From positions 35,178 to 99,177 of the forward strand of contig LCDG01000002.1 in assembly GCA_000998425.1 (NCBI GenBank): a stretch of 64,000 nt of DNA, written 5' to 3'. The stretch is from Candidatus Nomurabacteria bacterium GW2011_GWC2_42_20 (lineage in GTDB: Bacteria > Patescibacteriota > Minisyncoccia > Phycocordibacterales > UBA1550). Below the pieces are notes generated by a model that ran no database searches, was not told the origin of the DNA, and worked only from the letters and a program-made list of their open reading frames with translations. The translations under genes were made by a program, and so were the position numbers. This document shows positions 17,326 to 26,578 of the stretch, one piece after another. The stretch's first letter is position 1. Each line of letters opens with the position of its first letter.

Positions 17326-19269
17326 CTAGGATGTCTTTGCGTTACTATCACCTTCGGTAAGCTCCACTGTTCTACCCTCCTCGTCCTCCTTTGGTAAGAG
17401 GTTTGCAACAACAGGTATAACGACAGTGAAAGTTGTTCCCTTACCTTCAACAGAATCAACCCATATCTGCCCGCCGTGTCGCATAATGATACTCTTAACA
17501 ATAAAGAGGCCGAGCCCAGATCCATCTGTTTGCAAATGAATCACGTTTGAAGCACGGAAGAATTTTGAAAACAGCTTTGCGAGATCGGCCTGCGGGATAC
17601 CGACTCCTGTGTCTGAGATCTTGACCTCTATATAATCTCCCTGTCTTTGGACAATGATGGTTACTTTACCTCCTGGCAACGTATATTTCATCGCATTGTC
17701 AACGATATTTTGCAATGCAATAAGCAGTTTCTCTGGGTCGAACAAAAATTCTGGAATTTCTCCTATACGATTTTCGAGTCGAACCTCAATGTTGCGCTCT
17801 TTTGATGGGAGTACGGTGTTCTCAATAAGCGTATTGAGAAGTTTAATAAAATCATTCTTAACAAAATTATAACCAAACTTACCATTCTCAATACGTGATA
17901 CATTTAGAAGGTCGTTCACAAGCTGAATCATTTTTTCGTTCGTTTCGAATCCACGCTTTAGCATACCTTTCTGATCCTCGGTCACAGCACCTAAATCGCC
18001 ATCGAGAAGCAGTTTGAGCACCCACTTAACACCAGAAAGGGGTGTGCGGAGCTGGTGTGCGGCAACAGAAATAAAGTCTGACTTTAATTTGTCGAGTTCA
18101 CGCAAATTCACAACCATCGAATTAAACACTGCTCCAAATTGGCCAATCTCATCGTTTGTAGTATGCTCAACAACCTGAGTTAAGTCTCCGTCAGCAATCT
18201 TTTTAGCAATAACGGAGTAGCGACGAATTGGCCCAACAACCTCACGCTCAAGAATAGCAGACAGGACCATAACGAAGACTGCCGTAAACACAATACCTAG
18301 ACCAAACATGCGCAGCTTGAGTGCCGTGATCTTGTCTGTATAGGAAGAGGTAAGGATATGTACCTCTTGTAGCCCTATAATTTTATCACGCCCTTCAACC
18401 ATAAACTTAATAGGCCTTACGTTGATCATCACTTCGTGCTCGCCATGAACAACACTCTTATAGTCTGCAACTTCTATTTTGCCAGATAGCACATCGTTTC
18501 GGTATTTGTTGTGCTCCGCTGTATCATCATCAAATTCTCTGTCATCCTTGTCTGTGTTTGCGATAATATTCAAATTTGCATCACTAACAATAAAATCGTG
18601 GAAAATGCGCCCCTTGCCATCCTCTTTTTCCAGACCAAAATTTGCCACGCTTTCAGTAATCAACCTAATCGCTTCTAGGTCCTCCTCGCGTGTAACAATA
18701 ATAGATCTAGCTGTTTGCTCAACACTAGCAGAAATTGCAAGCAAGAGACTTTCTGCTTGAGCTATATCTGATGAACTTTTTGAGTCTGTCGCCACCTCAA
18801 CCTCAATTACATTAATTATCTCGGAATTGTCGTCTGAGTAAATTTTATAAATTGGTATCCACTGCTCAAGTTCGTAAAAAGTTCCCTTATCTTTCAGGGC
18901 CTTCACTTTTTGCCTTTTTGTTTTTACCTCCTCAATAAAACTAATATTTCGTTCTGGCAGCTTAGTCCCCATCAGATTTTTCGTTGATGCTGTGACGACT
19001 CCATCCATACCAGCCACGTTGATATAAACGACTCCCTTAATTTTCCCAAGTTCATCTACAGTATCCTGCAGTCGTACTTGCTGATCGTACACCTGCTTAA
19101 ACATGCGCTCGATCTCTTTGTGAAAAATTTCTGTTGAAACTCTTGCATTGTTTAGGACTTGATTTCTTGTTGCATTGGCTTCTATGCTAACAATAATTCC
19201 AAAAGCAGCAGTCAAGACAACTAATGTTACAAGAATCAATACGAGATTTATTTTTGCTCCGAGTTTCAT
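17326..19269 (-). CDS. sensor histidine kinase (TM sensor, HAMP, HisKA, HATPase_c)
   Basis: H-box AAHQLRTPL, then N, G1 (DTGVGI) and G2 (GSGLGL) boxes. Confidence 0.85.
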   Translation of the reverse strand: MKLGAKINLVLILVTLVVLTAAFGIIVSIEANATRNQVLNNARVSTEIFHKEIERMFKQVYDQQVRLQDTVDELGKIKGVVYINVAGMDGVVTASTKNLMGTKLPERNISFIEEVKTKRQKVKALKDKGTFYELEQWIPIYKIYSDDNSEIINVIEVEVATDSKSSSDIAQAESLLLAISASVEQTARSIIVTREEDLEAIRLITESVANFGLEKEDGKGRIFHDFIVSDANLNIIANTDKDDREFDDDTAEHNKYRNDVLSGKIEVADYKSVVHGEHEVMINVRPIKFMVEGRDKIIGLQEVHILTSSYTDKITALKLRMFGLGIVFTAVFVMVLSAILEREVVGPIRRYSVIAKKIADGDLTQVVEHTTNDEIGQFGAVFNSMVVNLRELDKLKSDFISVAAHQLRTPLSGVKWVLKLLLDGDLGAVTEDQKGMLKRGFETNEKMIQLVNDLLNVSRIENGKFGYNFVKNDFIKLLNTLIENTVLPSKERNIEVRLENRIGEIPEFLFDPEKLLIALQNIVDNAMKYTLPGGKVTIIVQRQGDYIEVKISDTGVGIPQADLAKLFSKFFRASNVIHLQTDGSGLGLFIVKSIIMRHGGQIWVDSVEGKGTTFTVVIPVVANLLPKEDEEGRTVELTEGDSNAKTS

Positions 19270-19359
19270 TTCACTTTACAGTATACACTATTAATAAAAA
19301 AAGTAATCACTGATCTGTGGAAAAGTATTTTTAATTTCATTACGACACGATTGCAGGTT

Positions 19360-20400
19360 TTAGTTTATCTCTATGTCGATGTGGCGCACAGATGGAATTT
19401 CTTTTTGAATACGCGCTTCAAGCTCGTCTATCCGTGTACCAATCACGCGTGGCACACGATCGGTATAATCTACAATGTAACGAACAAATTCTTGATAGTC
19501 GCCTTTGATTGTATCGTAGTCGTCCTTAAGCATCTCACCATTTGATAGTTCTCTAAAGAGTGCAGTCCCGTTCACCTCCACCTCACACTTAGCGCGGTAT
19601 TTCCCAAGCTCAACAACAGATGATTTAAAATCATACACACGCTCAATCATTGGGTCAGCCGATAATATCTCAATGATTTGCTCTCTCACATCTTCTGGGA
19701 TAGACTTCTCTACAAGAAACCGCTTATTTTTTAGAATAAGAGTCATTGCGACCCACGCCAAAAGCGCCCCAATAATTATAGACCCTGTGGCATCCCAAAC
19801 TGGGCTCCCAGTTATTTGAGAGAGTCCTATCGCAAAAGTAGCAACAATAACACCAAGGAGAGCTACGCCATCTTCATAAACCACAGCAATAACAGTTGGG
19901 TCTCCGCTTTCAAGCATTTCTCGAATTGTCTCATTACCACCTTTATTACTCCATAACTCACGAAACGCAATGTAGAAGGTAATGAACTCAACTACAAATG
20001 AAATGATTAGTATCATAAACACCTCGGGCCGAAAAACTAGTTCCTCTGGATTAAGGAGGGTGTGTACACCGTGGTATACAGTAACCCCGGCACCAATAAA
20101 GAAAACGCCACATGCTGAAATAAGGGCCCAAAAGAAGCGTTCTAGCCCATAACCATAGGAAGAGCTCTCGTCTGGGGCGCGCCGGCTTTTGACAATGCCG
20201 ACCATAAGTAACGCTTGGTTTGAAGTGTCTGCAAAACTATGCACCGCCTCCGAAAACAACGAGCTCGAACCCGATACAACAAAACCGATAGTTTTAAGTA
20301 TCGTAATAGTAAAATTCCCAACAAGAGCTGCGGCAACCGAGGCAAACCCTGGCTCTCTGTTGTAAATGAACCCTTTATTAGATTTTTCTATATTAGTCAT
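19360..20400 (-). CDS. cation diffusion facilitator family transporter
   Basis: Six TM helices, HSFADTSNQ motif, C-terminal cytoplasmic domain. Confidence 0.8.
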   Translation of the reverse strand: MTNIEKSNKGFIYNREPGFASVAAALVGNFTITILKTIGFVVSGSSSLFSEAVHSFADTSNQALLMVGIVKSRRAPDESSSYGYGLERFFWALISACGVFFIGAGVTVYHGVHTLLNPEELVFRPEVFMILIISFVVEFITFYIAFRELWSNKGGNETIREMLESGDPTVIAVVYEDGVALLGVIVATFAIGLSQITGSPVWDATGSIIIGALLAWVAMTLILKNKRFLVEKSIPEDVREQIIEILSADPMIERVYDFKSSVVELGKYRAKCEVEVNGTALFRELSNGEMLKDDYDTIKGDYQEFVRYIVDYTDRVPRVIGTRIDELEARIQKEIPSVRHIDIEIN

Positions 20401-20436
20401 GAGACGCCCTTACTGGGCCATGCGTCAAAATCCCTG

Positions 20437-20507
20437 TCGGGGTGCCGAGAATCGAACTCGGCCTATCTGCTCCCAAAGCAGACGTACTACCGATATACTA
20501 CACCCCG
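20437..20507 (-). tRNA. tRNA-Pro (anticodon TGG)
   Basis: Acceptor stem CGGGGTG/CACCCCG, T-arm GCCGAGTTCGATTCTCGGC, anticodon loop tTTGGGa. No 3' CCA encoded. Confidence 0.75.
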
Positions 20508-20541
20508 ACAAGAATTTCGACTTCGAAAAATTGTCACTAAA

Positions 20542-20982
20542 CTATAGCACAATATTATCTAAAAATCTAACTCGAGCTCGCCTGTTGTAAATATCGAGCT
20601 TCACTGTTATAGCGTCAAAAACCCAGTCTGGCTCATCCCCTCTATATTTTTCAATCAAATACATCTGTATTGTGCGAGCTAAACGCTTTAGTTTATATGG
20701 ATGAATATTGTCCTCTGGTCTATAGCTATCTGTTTCTGAATTAGCAAATTCATGTCTTTGAAGCATAGAAACATTTTTACCAATGTTTTCACGTGTAACT
20801 GTTTTTACTTCAATAAAATGCAGTATTTTGCCCTTTTGGGCAATAATGTCGATTTCACCGCACTTTTTTCGGTAATTTTGGCAAATTACAGAAAAACCCT
20901 TATTTTCTAAGTATTTTTTTGCAACATCTTCCCCAATTTTACCAATTTTCTGCTTTTCTGTAGGCTCCGCCATTAAAACCAT
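20542..20982 (-). CDS. YraN/UPF0102 family endonuclease-like protein
   Basis: ...GEIDIIAQKGKILHFIEVKT... is the family core. Confidence 0.7.
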   Translation of the reverse strand: MVLMAEPTEKQKIGKIGEDVAKKYLENKGFSVICQNYRKKCGEIDIIAQKGKILHFIEVKTVTRENIGKNVSMLQRHEFANSETDSYRPEDNIHPYKLKRLARTIQMYLIEKYRGDEPDWVFDAITVKLDIYNRRARVRFLDNIVL

Positions 20983-21363
20983 TGTACCACCTGGCGGTGT
21001 TTCTCGTGAAACGCCCCAATTTGCGCTATTTTTTATGCCGAGAATGAGTCATTCCCTGTGAAACCTATGCGTAACAAGGGTTTTCTGAAGTTATGGCTGC
21101 TGTCTTTTAGAGTTTGTGGCTGTTCGCACAAACTATATTTGTGTCCTTTATCAACACTATCCCCATAGTTATCCACAGTTTTGAGCATTTTACGCCATAT
21201 TTTTCTATTTTTGGCGTTGACAGAGTGTGTAAAAATAGTGGTTTATGTCAAAAAATGTCCTTTACAAACATAAATGTCATTTAAGTTGTCTTTAGTATAA
21301 GAAAAAGCCGAGCATTACTCGGCTTTAATGAATGTGATCATTCAGGAACTGGAAATATTTGCC

Positions 21364-21705
21364 TCACGGGCATGTTACCGCCCGCCCAAAAAAATATTTT
21401 ATTAAAAAGCTTTTCCTTATTGAGGCCTTTTTGTCTACAAGAAACAAAATGTTATTCTTTTGGCGGTGCCCGTAAACTGTGATCCACTCACCACATCGAG
21501 GGCACATGAGTGCGTGCGTTGTACTCATTCCTCCGAACTGCATAAGACACCAGCCCTTCAACTGACTTCCTTCATTGCAGTGGGAACAATTTACAACTTG
21601 CCTTCTTGTAAGCAAAACTTGCTGTTCTTGAATCGAGTTTCGTAGGACATCAAATTGCTGTGTTGCATTCGCAAGTTTACGATTCAATGCCTGAAGTTTG
21701 TTCAT
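21364..21705 (-). CDS. hypothetical zinc-ribbon protein
   Basis: CSHC...CPRC spacing. 113 aa. Confidence 0.4.
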   Translation of the reverse strand: MNKLQALNRKLANATQQFDVLRNSIQEQQVLLTRRQVVNCSHCNEGSQLKGWCLMQFGGMSTTHALMCPRCGEWITVYGHRQKNNILFLVDKKASIRKSFLIKYFFGRAVTCP

Positions 21706-21810
21706 TTTTCACTTCCTCCGAAGAATTAAAAGGATCGTACCTACTTTTAACATTAGCACAATAAAAATTAAACACAATAACACCAAAACCTTTATTTTGG
21801 TGTTATTTTT

Positions 21811-21884
21811 TGGTGCGGGTAGGGAGAATCGAACTCCCGTCTCGTCCTTGGCAAGGACGCATTCTACCACTAAACCATACCCGC
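21811..21884 (-). tRNA. tRNA-Gly (anticodon GCC) with encoded 3' CCA
   Basis: Acceptor stem GCGGGTA/TACCCGC, T-arm GGGAGTTCGATTCTCCC, anticodon loop tTGCCaa. A hairpin plus T-run follows at 21781-21810. Confidence 0.8.
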
Positions 21885-21924
21885 AAATATAAACATTAGT
21901 ATACAGATTTTTAATTTTTTGGGA

Positions 21925-22078
21925 AGTGGTGCACAGGCCAGGATTCGGCCCCGAGTTACTAATTCACTTTGTTCATAAGTACTCGCGGACTAGGATCGCT
22001 GTCGCCATGCGACATACTCCGCCTTTCGAATCCTGACACAAGCCAAATAGTTGGCTTACCTGGCCCTGGTGCATACTG
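21925..22078 (-). ncRNA. candidate structured ncRNA between tRNA-Gly and tRNA-Arg, identity unknown
   Basis: About 150 nt closed by a ~12-bp terminal helix (ggtgcacaggccagg...cctggccctggtgca). Internal hairpins gtcgc-atg-gcgac and ggat(t)cg...cgatcc. A GUCAGGAUUCGAAAGGCGGAG segment loosely resembles SRP RNA domain IV. Confidence 0.2.
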
Positions 22079-22107
22079 CAAGAATTCGCCGTGAGGCGAA
22101 TTCGCAT

Positions 22108-22180
22108 GTGCCCAGGCCAGGATTCGAACCTGGAATAACGGTTTCGAAGACCGTCGTGATATCCATTTCACTACCAGGGC
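22108..22180 (-). tRNA. tRNA-Arg (anticodon TCG)
   Basis: T-arm CCAGGTTCGAATCCTGG, anticodon loop cTTCGaa. One T-T mismatch in the acceptor stem. No CCA encoded. Confidence 0.7.
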
Positions 22181-22299
22181 GTTGCTTGCCTGCATAACTT
22201 TCTAAAAGTTTGGCAGGTTTCTCATGAAACTTCTTTTCTACCAATTGAGCATACCGCGAATTAGTAAAAAAGCCAAAAATACAATAGACTATAACGTAT

Positions 22300-23790
22300 A
22301 TGACAACTGCAGAAACAAAAGAGAAGTTTTCATACAGCATTCCCAAAGAGGTTTCACATGTAACAGAAACCTTGAGGAATGCTGGTTTTGAGGCGTATCT
22401 TGTTGGTGGATGCGTGCGTGACATTTTACAGAATATAGATCCAAAGGACTGGGACGTAACCACAAATGCGAAACCAGACCAAATTCAAGCTCTTTTTGAT
22501 GAAACATTTTATGAGAATGACTATGGCACTGTTGGTGTAGTGAATCAAACAGAAGATGAAACACTAAAAGTGGTAGAAGTAACCCCATACCGCACAGAGG
22601 GCGCATACACAGATAAACGCCGCCCAGACAGCGTTTCGTTTCACGCGAAACTAGAGGATGACTTGAAACGTAGGGATTTTACAATCAATGCCATTGCCTA
22701 TGATGAATCTAAAGGACATTTAACTGACATTCATTGTGGCCTAAAGGACATAAAGGACAAAGTAATTCGTACTGTAGGCAACCCCGTAGAGAGGTTTAAT
22801 GAGGATGCGTTGCGTGTTCTTCGCGCAGTACGCCTTGCCACAGACCTTGGTTTCACAATCGAAATAGAAACCCAAAATGCAGTAATAGAGAAGGCTTCTG
22901 AACTGAAGCATATTTCTATGGAACGTATTCGTGACGAATTTACAAAAATGATAATGACAAAGAACCCGATGATTGGTGTTGTAATGTGCCAAAAGCTTGG
23001 TCTTCTCAAATATATTGCGCCAGACATAGAACGTGGGATAGGGGTTGAGCAGAACGGTGATCATATTTACACTGTATGGGAACACAACTTGCGCGCTCTG
23101 CAACACTCTGCAGATCGTGGTTGGCCACTCCATGTGCGCCTTGCAGCACTGTTTCATGATGTTTCAAAGCCAGAAACAAGACGTTGGTCTGAAGAAAAAA
23201 GCGACTGGACCTTTTACGGCCATGATGTCGTCGGGGGCCGTGTTTCACGTAAAACGCTTGAACACCTTAAATTCCCTAAAAAAATAGTGGATGTTGTTTC
23301 ATCCCTTGTGCGTTACCATCTTTTTTTCTCGGATATTGAGAAAATTACACTCTCTGCTGTGCGTCGGATAGTCAAAAATGTTGGGCCTGATAATGTCTGG
23401 GACCTGATGAAGGTCCGTGCTTGTGACCGTATTGGAATGGGGCGTCCAAAGGAAGCACCGTATCGTTTGCGTAAATATGAATCAATGATTGAAGAAGCTA
23501 TGCGCGCCCCCGTGTCTGTAGGGATGCTCAAGATTGACGGACAAAGGATTATGGAGGTTACTCGTGAAACACCTGGGCCAAAGCTAGGTTTTATCCTCCA
23601 TGCGCTTCTTGAGGAGGTGCTTGACGACCCAGAACGCAACACGGAAGAGTTTCTCGTGAAACGCACACTCGAACTTGCAAAACTACCTATTGATGAATTA
23701 AAAAAACTCGGGGAGGAGGGGAAAGAGAAAAAAGAGGAAGCCGAGGAGAAGGAACTAGCGGTGATTCGAAAAAAACACGGAGTTAAGTAG
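22300..23790 (+). CDS. cca: CCA-adding tRNA nucleotidyltransferase / poly(A) polymerase family with HD domain
   Basis: GGCVRDILQN...DWDVTT nucleotidyltransferase head, HD motif ...FHDVSKP. Confidence 0.85.
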   Translation: MTTAETKEKFSYSIPKEVSHVTETLRNAGFEAYLVGGCVRDILQNIDPKDWDVTTNAKPDQIQALFDETFYENDYGTVGVVNQTEDETLKVVEVTPYRTEGAYTDKRRPDSVSFHAKLEDDLKRRDFTINAIAYDESKGHLTDIHCGLKDIKDKVIRTVGNPVERFNEDALRVLRAVRLATDLGFTIEIETQNAVIEKASELKHISMERIRDEFTKMIMTKNPMIGVVMCQKLGLLKYIAPDIERGIGVEQNGDHIYTVWEHNLRALQHSADRGWPLHVRLAALFHDVSKPETRRWSEEKSDWTFYGHDVVGGRVSRKTLEHLKFPKKIVDVVSSLVRYHLFFSDIEKITLSAVRRIVKNVGPDNVWDLMKVRACDRIGMGRPKEAPYRLRKYESMIEEAMRAPVSVGMLKIDGQRIMEVTRETPGPKLGFILHALLEEVLDDPERNTEEFLVKRTLELAKLPIDELKKLGEEGKEKKEEAEEKELAVIRKKHGVK

Positions 23791-23795
23791 AACAA

Positions 23796-24569
23796 TTATT
23801 TTTCTTCTATTCCCAGCACAATAGGGCAATGGTCGGAGCCGTAGAAGTCGCTCATCATTGTGACTTGTTTCACACGTGGAAGTAAGTCGGTAGTGATAAA
23901 AAAATAGTCAATGCGCCAGCCGACATTGCGATCGCGAGCGGAAGTTTTCATATCCCAGTAGGTGTATACATCCTTTGTGTTTGGGTGTAGGTGTCTATAA
24001 ATATCAATATAGCCATGATAGATGAGCTCATCTACCCACGCGCGCTCTTCGGGAAGAAAACCTGTGTTCTTTTCGTTTTCTTTTGGGCGCGCAAGGTCTA
24101 TAGCCTCGTGAGCAGTATTCACGTCTCCACAAATAATAATCTTATGCCCCTTTTTGCGGAGTTTCTCTGTGAAACCAAGAAATGCGTCATAAAAATCCAG
24201 TTTATATTTCAATCTGGCAGGCCCGCCACCGCCGTTTGGGAAGTAGCAATTCAAAAGGACAAAGTCGTGGTAATAAAGGACAAGGAGACGACCCTCCTGA
24301 TCCATGTCCTTTAGATTCATTCCTTCCTCCACCTTTTCGGGCTTTATTTTACTGTAAACTGCAACACCGCTATACCCCTTGCGCATTTTTGAGTGTGAAA
24401 AGTACGCGTAATAGCCCTTTGGTGCTCGAACCTCATCGGGAAGTTGTTCCGCCTCTACTTTTGTTTCTTGCAAACACAGGATATCAAAATCTTTTTTAAG
24501 GATTTCATCAAAATTTCCTTTTTTATGAATTGCGCGAAGCCCGTTTACGTTCCATGAGGCTAGTTTCAT
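23796..24569 (-). CDS. xth: exodeoxyribonuclease III
   Basis: MKLASWNVNGLRA start. C-terminal ...SDHCPIVL. Confidence 0.9.
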   Translation of the reverse strand: MKLASWNVNGLRAIHKKGNFDEILKKDFDILCLQETKVEAEQLPDEVRAPKGYYAYFSHSKMRKGYSGVAVYSKIKPEKVEEGMNLKDMDQEGRLLVLYYHDFVLLNCYFPNGGGGPARLKYKLDFYDAFLGFTEKLRKKGHKIIICGDVNTAHEAIDLARPKENEKNTGFLPEERAWVDELIYHGYIDIYRHLHPNTKDVYTYWDMKTSARDRNVGWRIDYFFITTDLLPRVKQVTMMSDFYGSDHCPIVLGIEEK

Positions 24570-24739
24570 ACACACAGTATATCTAAGTGAGTGAGTGAAG
24601 TGCAAATACGGACTTTACACTTCCGAGCGAACGCAAGATATATTGTACATAGTTATATAGCGAACCATTGTACATTTTACGAATAGATAATAGACTTACT
24701 TATAGATATAGAGAACATTCAAAAGAAAGGAGGTGTATC

Positions 24740-24964
24740 GTGAGCACTTTTTCTACATATGATGAAGACGAGCAATACAAAATAGCTCTGCAACAATTCC
24801 AAACACTGCAGACGAGTGTAGTTGACCTGCGAAGGGCAGTAATTTTGTTAAGAGGCAACACATTGATAGCGTTGCAACGCTACAGACAAACAAAAGCCCA
24901 ACTCAAGAAATGTGAGGCTGAACTTACTCACATGCACAGAGTTCTTCATGGTGACGAGGAATAG
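24740..24964 (+). CDS. hypothetical small protein (GTG start after AAAGGAGGTG RBS)
   Basis: Strong RBS. Terminator hairpin at 24970..25013. Confidence 0.3.
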   Translation: MSTFSTYDEDEQYKIALQQFQTLQTSVVDLRRAVILLRGNTLIALQRYRQTKAQLKKCEAELTHMHRVLHGDEE

Positions 24965-25017
24965 TCTCAAAAAACGCGCCGGGCAATTATCCACCAGCGC
25001 GTTTTCTTTTTTTGCTG

Positions 25018-25992
25018 TTATTTACCCTTTCCGTGAAATTTTTTATGAACACTGCGAAGCTCGCTGTCAGTAATATGTGTATAAATCTGCGTCGTGGAAA
25101 TATTTGAATGACCAAGCATCATCTGCACCGAACGAATATCTGCACCATTGTATAGCAAATCGGTCGCAAACGAGTGGCGCAAAATGTGCGGAGTAACCTT
25201 GTCCATAATGCCGGCCTTTGCTGCGTAAAATTTCACCATTCGCTCTATTGAGCGTGGTGTGAGGCGCATTGATTCTCCGTCAGAAAAGGACCGCCCTTTT
25301 TGAATCCCCAAGGGCGATCCTTTTTCGAGTCCGCCAATGCGCACAAAGAGAGCGTCGTCCATATCTGTTCGTTTTTTCAAATATGCAGATACAGCTTTTT
25401 TTGCATCCTCTGAAAGAAACACCACCCTAACTTTTTCACCCTTTCCACGCACTGATATTTCATCACGGGTAAGGTCGATATCACGAGAGAGCGCACACAA
25501 CTCTGAGAGGCGAAGCCCAGTAGAAAAAAATAATTCAAGAATCGCTTTGTCGCGAAGTTCTTTTACAGAATCTCCATTAGGTGCATCGAGTAGCCTACGC
25601 AAATCCTGTGGAGTTAATAAATCAATCGTACGTTCTGCAATCTTTGCCAGTTCTATCTTTTCTGGCGCATATGACTCGACCCCACGCTTTCGCAAATATT
25701 TTAGAAAACTCCTGATTGCAATGAGGTAATAATTTTGTGTTTTCTTTTTAAGAGTTTCTTGACGCCCTTCACGCACCCCAGCATTTTGTCGATTTAGCCA
25801 CAACCGAAAAGAGCGTATCATTTCATCATCAATGTCAGCCGGCTCCTTTGCCCCACTTGCTGCCAAAAAACGAGTGATGTATCTCTCATAGTTTTCAATA
25901 GTTTTCAGGCTTCTCCCGCGCTCGATTTCCAAATATTCTAAGTACTGCCTCGCAAGGACACCTAGCGTTGTCTGTTGGATATTGTGCGACAT
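25018..25992 (-). CDS. tyrosine site-specific recombinase XerC/XerD family
   Basis: C-terminal catalytic motifs ...HILRHSFATDLL...LGHSNISTTQIYTHI. Confidence 0.85.
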   Translation of the reverse strand: MSHNIQQTTLGVLARQYLEYLEIERGRSLKTIENYERYITRFLAASGAKEPADIDDEMIRSFRLWLNRQNAGVREGRQETLKKKTQNYYLIAIRSFLKYLRKRGVESYAPEKIELAKIAERTIDLLTPQDLRRLLDAPNGDSVKELRDKAILELFFSTGLRLSELCALSRDIDLTRDEISVRGKGEKVRVVFLSEDAKKAVSAYLKKRTDMDDALFVRIGGLEKGSPLGIQKGRSFSDGESMRLTPRSIERMVKFYAAKAGIMDKVTPHILRHSFATDLLYNGADIRSVQMMLGHSNISTTQIYTHITDSELRSVHKKFHGKGK

Positions 25993-26158
25993 ACAAACAG
26001 TATAACGCGTGAGCAAAAAGATGCGAAACAGCAGTCACAACAAAACACGACATTCCCATAGGCATTACGTACCGTACCGCAGTACCTATTGACACCCGTA
26101 CTCAAGTGTGCTAGCATGCAATTACTAGCGATTGGCTAGGATTTTTGAGGGGTACAAA

Positions 26159-26275
26159 ATGAAATATCGTTTAATGATGTCAAGAGGCTGTTCACACAGC
26201 GGCCCTTGTGGTACAAAATACCACTCAAACAGTGGGCACGGATGGTGTGCTCGTTGCAGGAAGTGCAACCCATGA
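26159..26275 (+). CDS. small Cys/His-rich protein (38 aa), not in the ORF track
   Basis: MKYRLMMSRGCSHSGPCGTKYHSNSGHGWCARCRKCNP. GAGGGG RBS 6 nt upstream. Followed immediately by terminator 26284..26318. Confidence 0.45.
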   Translation: MKYRLMMSRGCSHSGPCGTKYHSNSGHGWCARCRKCNP

Positions 26276-26283
26276 GGCAATGT

Positions 26284-26318
26284 GGGGAGATGGTTAATTC
26301 CGTCTCCCCCCTTTTTTT
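26284..26318 (+). terminator. rho-independent terminator
   Basis: ggggagatggttaattccgtctcccc + cc + ttttttt. Confidence 0.7.
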
Positions 26319-26505
26319 ATTTCGACTAGCGAGGCGCGTGTGGACGAGTACTCTCGCAGACAGCGTCCGAGCGACGACGAAATATAGGTCAATACCGCGT
26401 GGTCTCAGCGTCCAAGACGTGAATTTGCTAATTCAGCCACGCTTTTGTACGAGCTAAGCGAGTTCCAAGTATTGCACTGCGGTCTCTGCAGTAGGGGCCT
26501 ATATT
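26312..26505 (+). repeat. intergenic repeat element, copy C (long form with aatataggt...acctatatt terminal inverted repeats)
   Basis: Shares aataccgcgtgg...cacgcttttg(c/t)acgagc...ctgcggtct(t/c)tgc...cctatatt with 55986..56147. Carries the gaatttgctaattc unit also seen at 7037..7160 and 49550..49573. Confidence 0.6.
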
Positions 26506-26578
26506 ACCGAGGTAATTCGCAATTCAAATTCTATGAGCAAACCCAGTAGTTTACCTCATTGATCCTCAAAACCTACTA

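Noticed and set aside
21146-21177. Isolated perfect DnaA box TTATCCACA (21169-21177) plus a 1-mismatch box in the yraN-downstream spacer
   Set aside because: A single box is not an origin. The clustered boxes and AT-rich spacer at dnaA-dnaN are the real oriC. This one may be a DnaA-titration or regulatory site at most.
22081-22102. gaattcgccgtgaggcgaattc 9-bp palindromic hairpin
   Set aside because: It is on the strand of the tRNAs without a following U-run, so it is not a classic terminator. It is kept only as part of the structured-spacer finding.
21959-22195. 78-aa ORF overlapping tRNA-Arg and the structured spacer
   Set aside because: Overlaps a well-folded tRNA. The region is better explained as RNA.
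25018-25992. Tyrosine recombinase near a tRNA cluster as possible integrase of a genomic island
   Set aside because: The genes between the tRNAs and the recombinase (cca, xth) are housekeeping. No att-like direct repeats of a tRNA 3' end were seen. A chromosomal XerC/D-type dimer-resolution recombinase is the simpler reading.
26206-26457. 83-aa plus-strand ORF reading through the 26284-26318 terminator and repeat copy C
   Set aside because: It crosses a strong intrinsic terminator and a repeat element. The alternative 38-aa ORF in another frame has an RBS and ends before the terminator.
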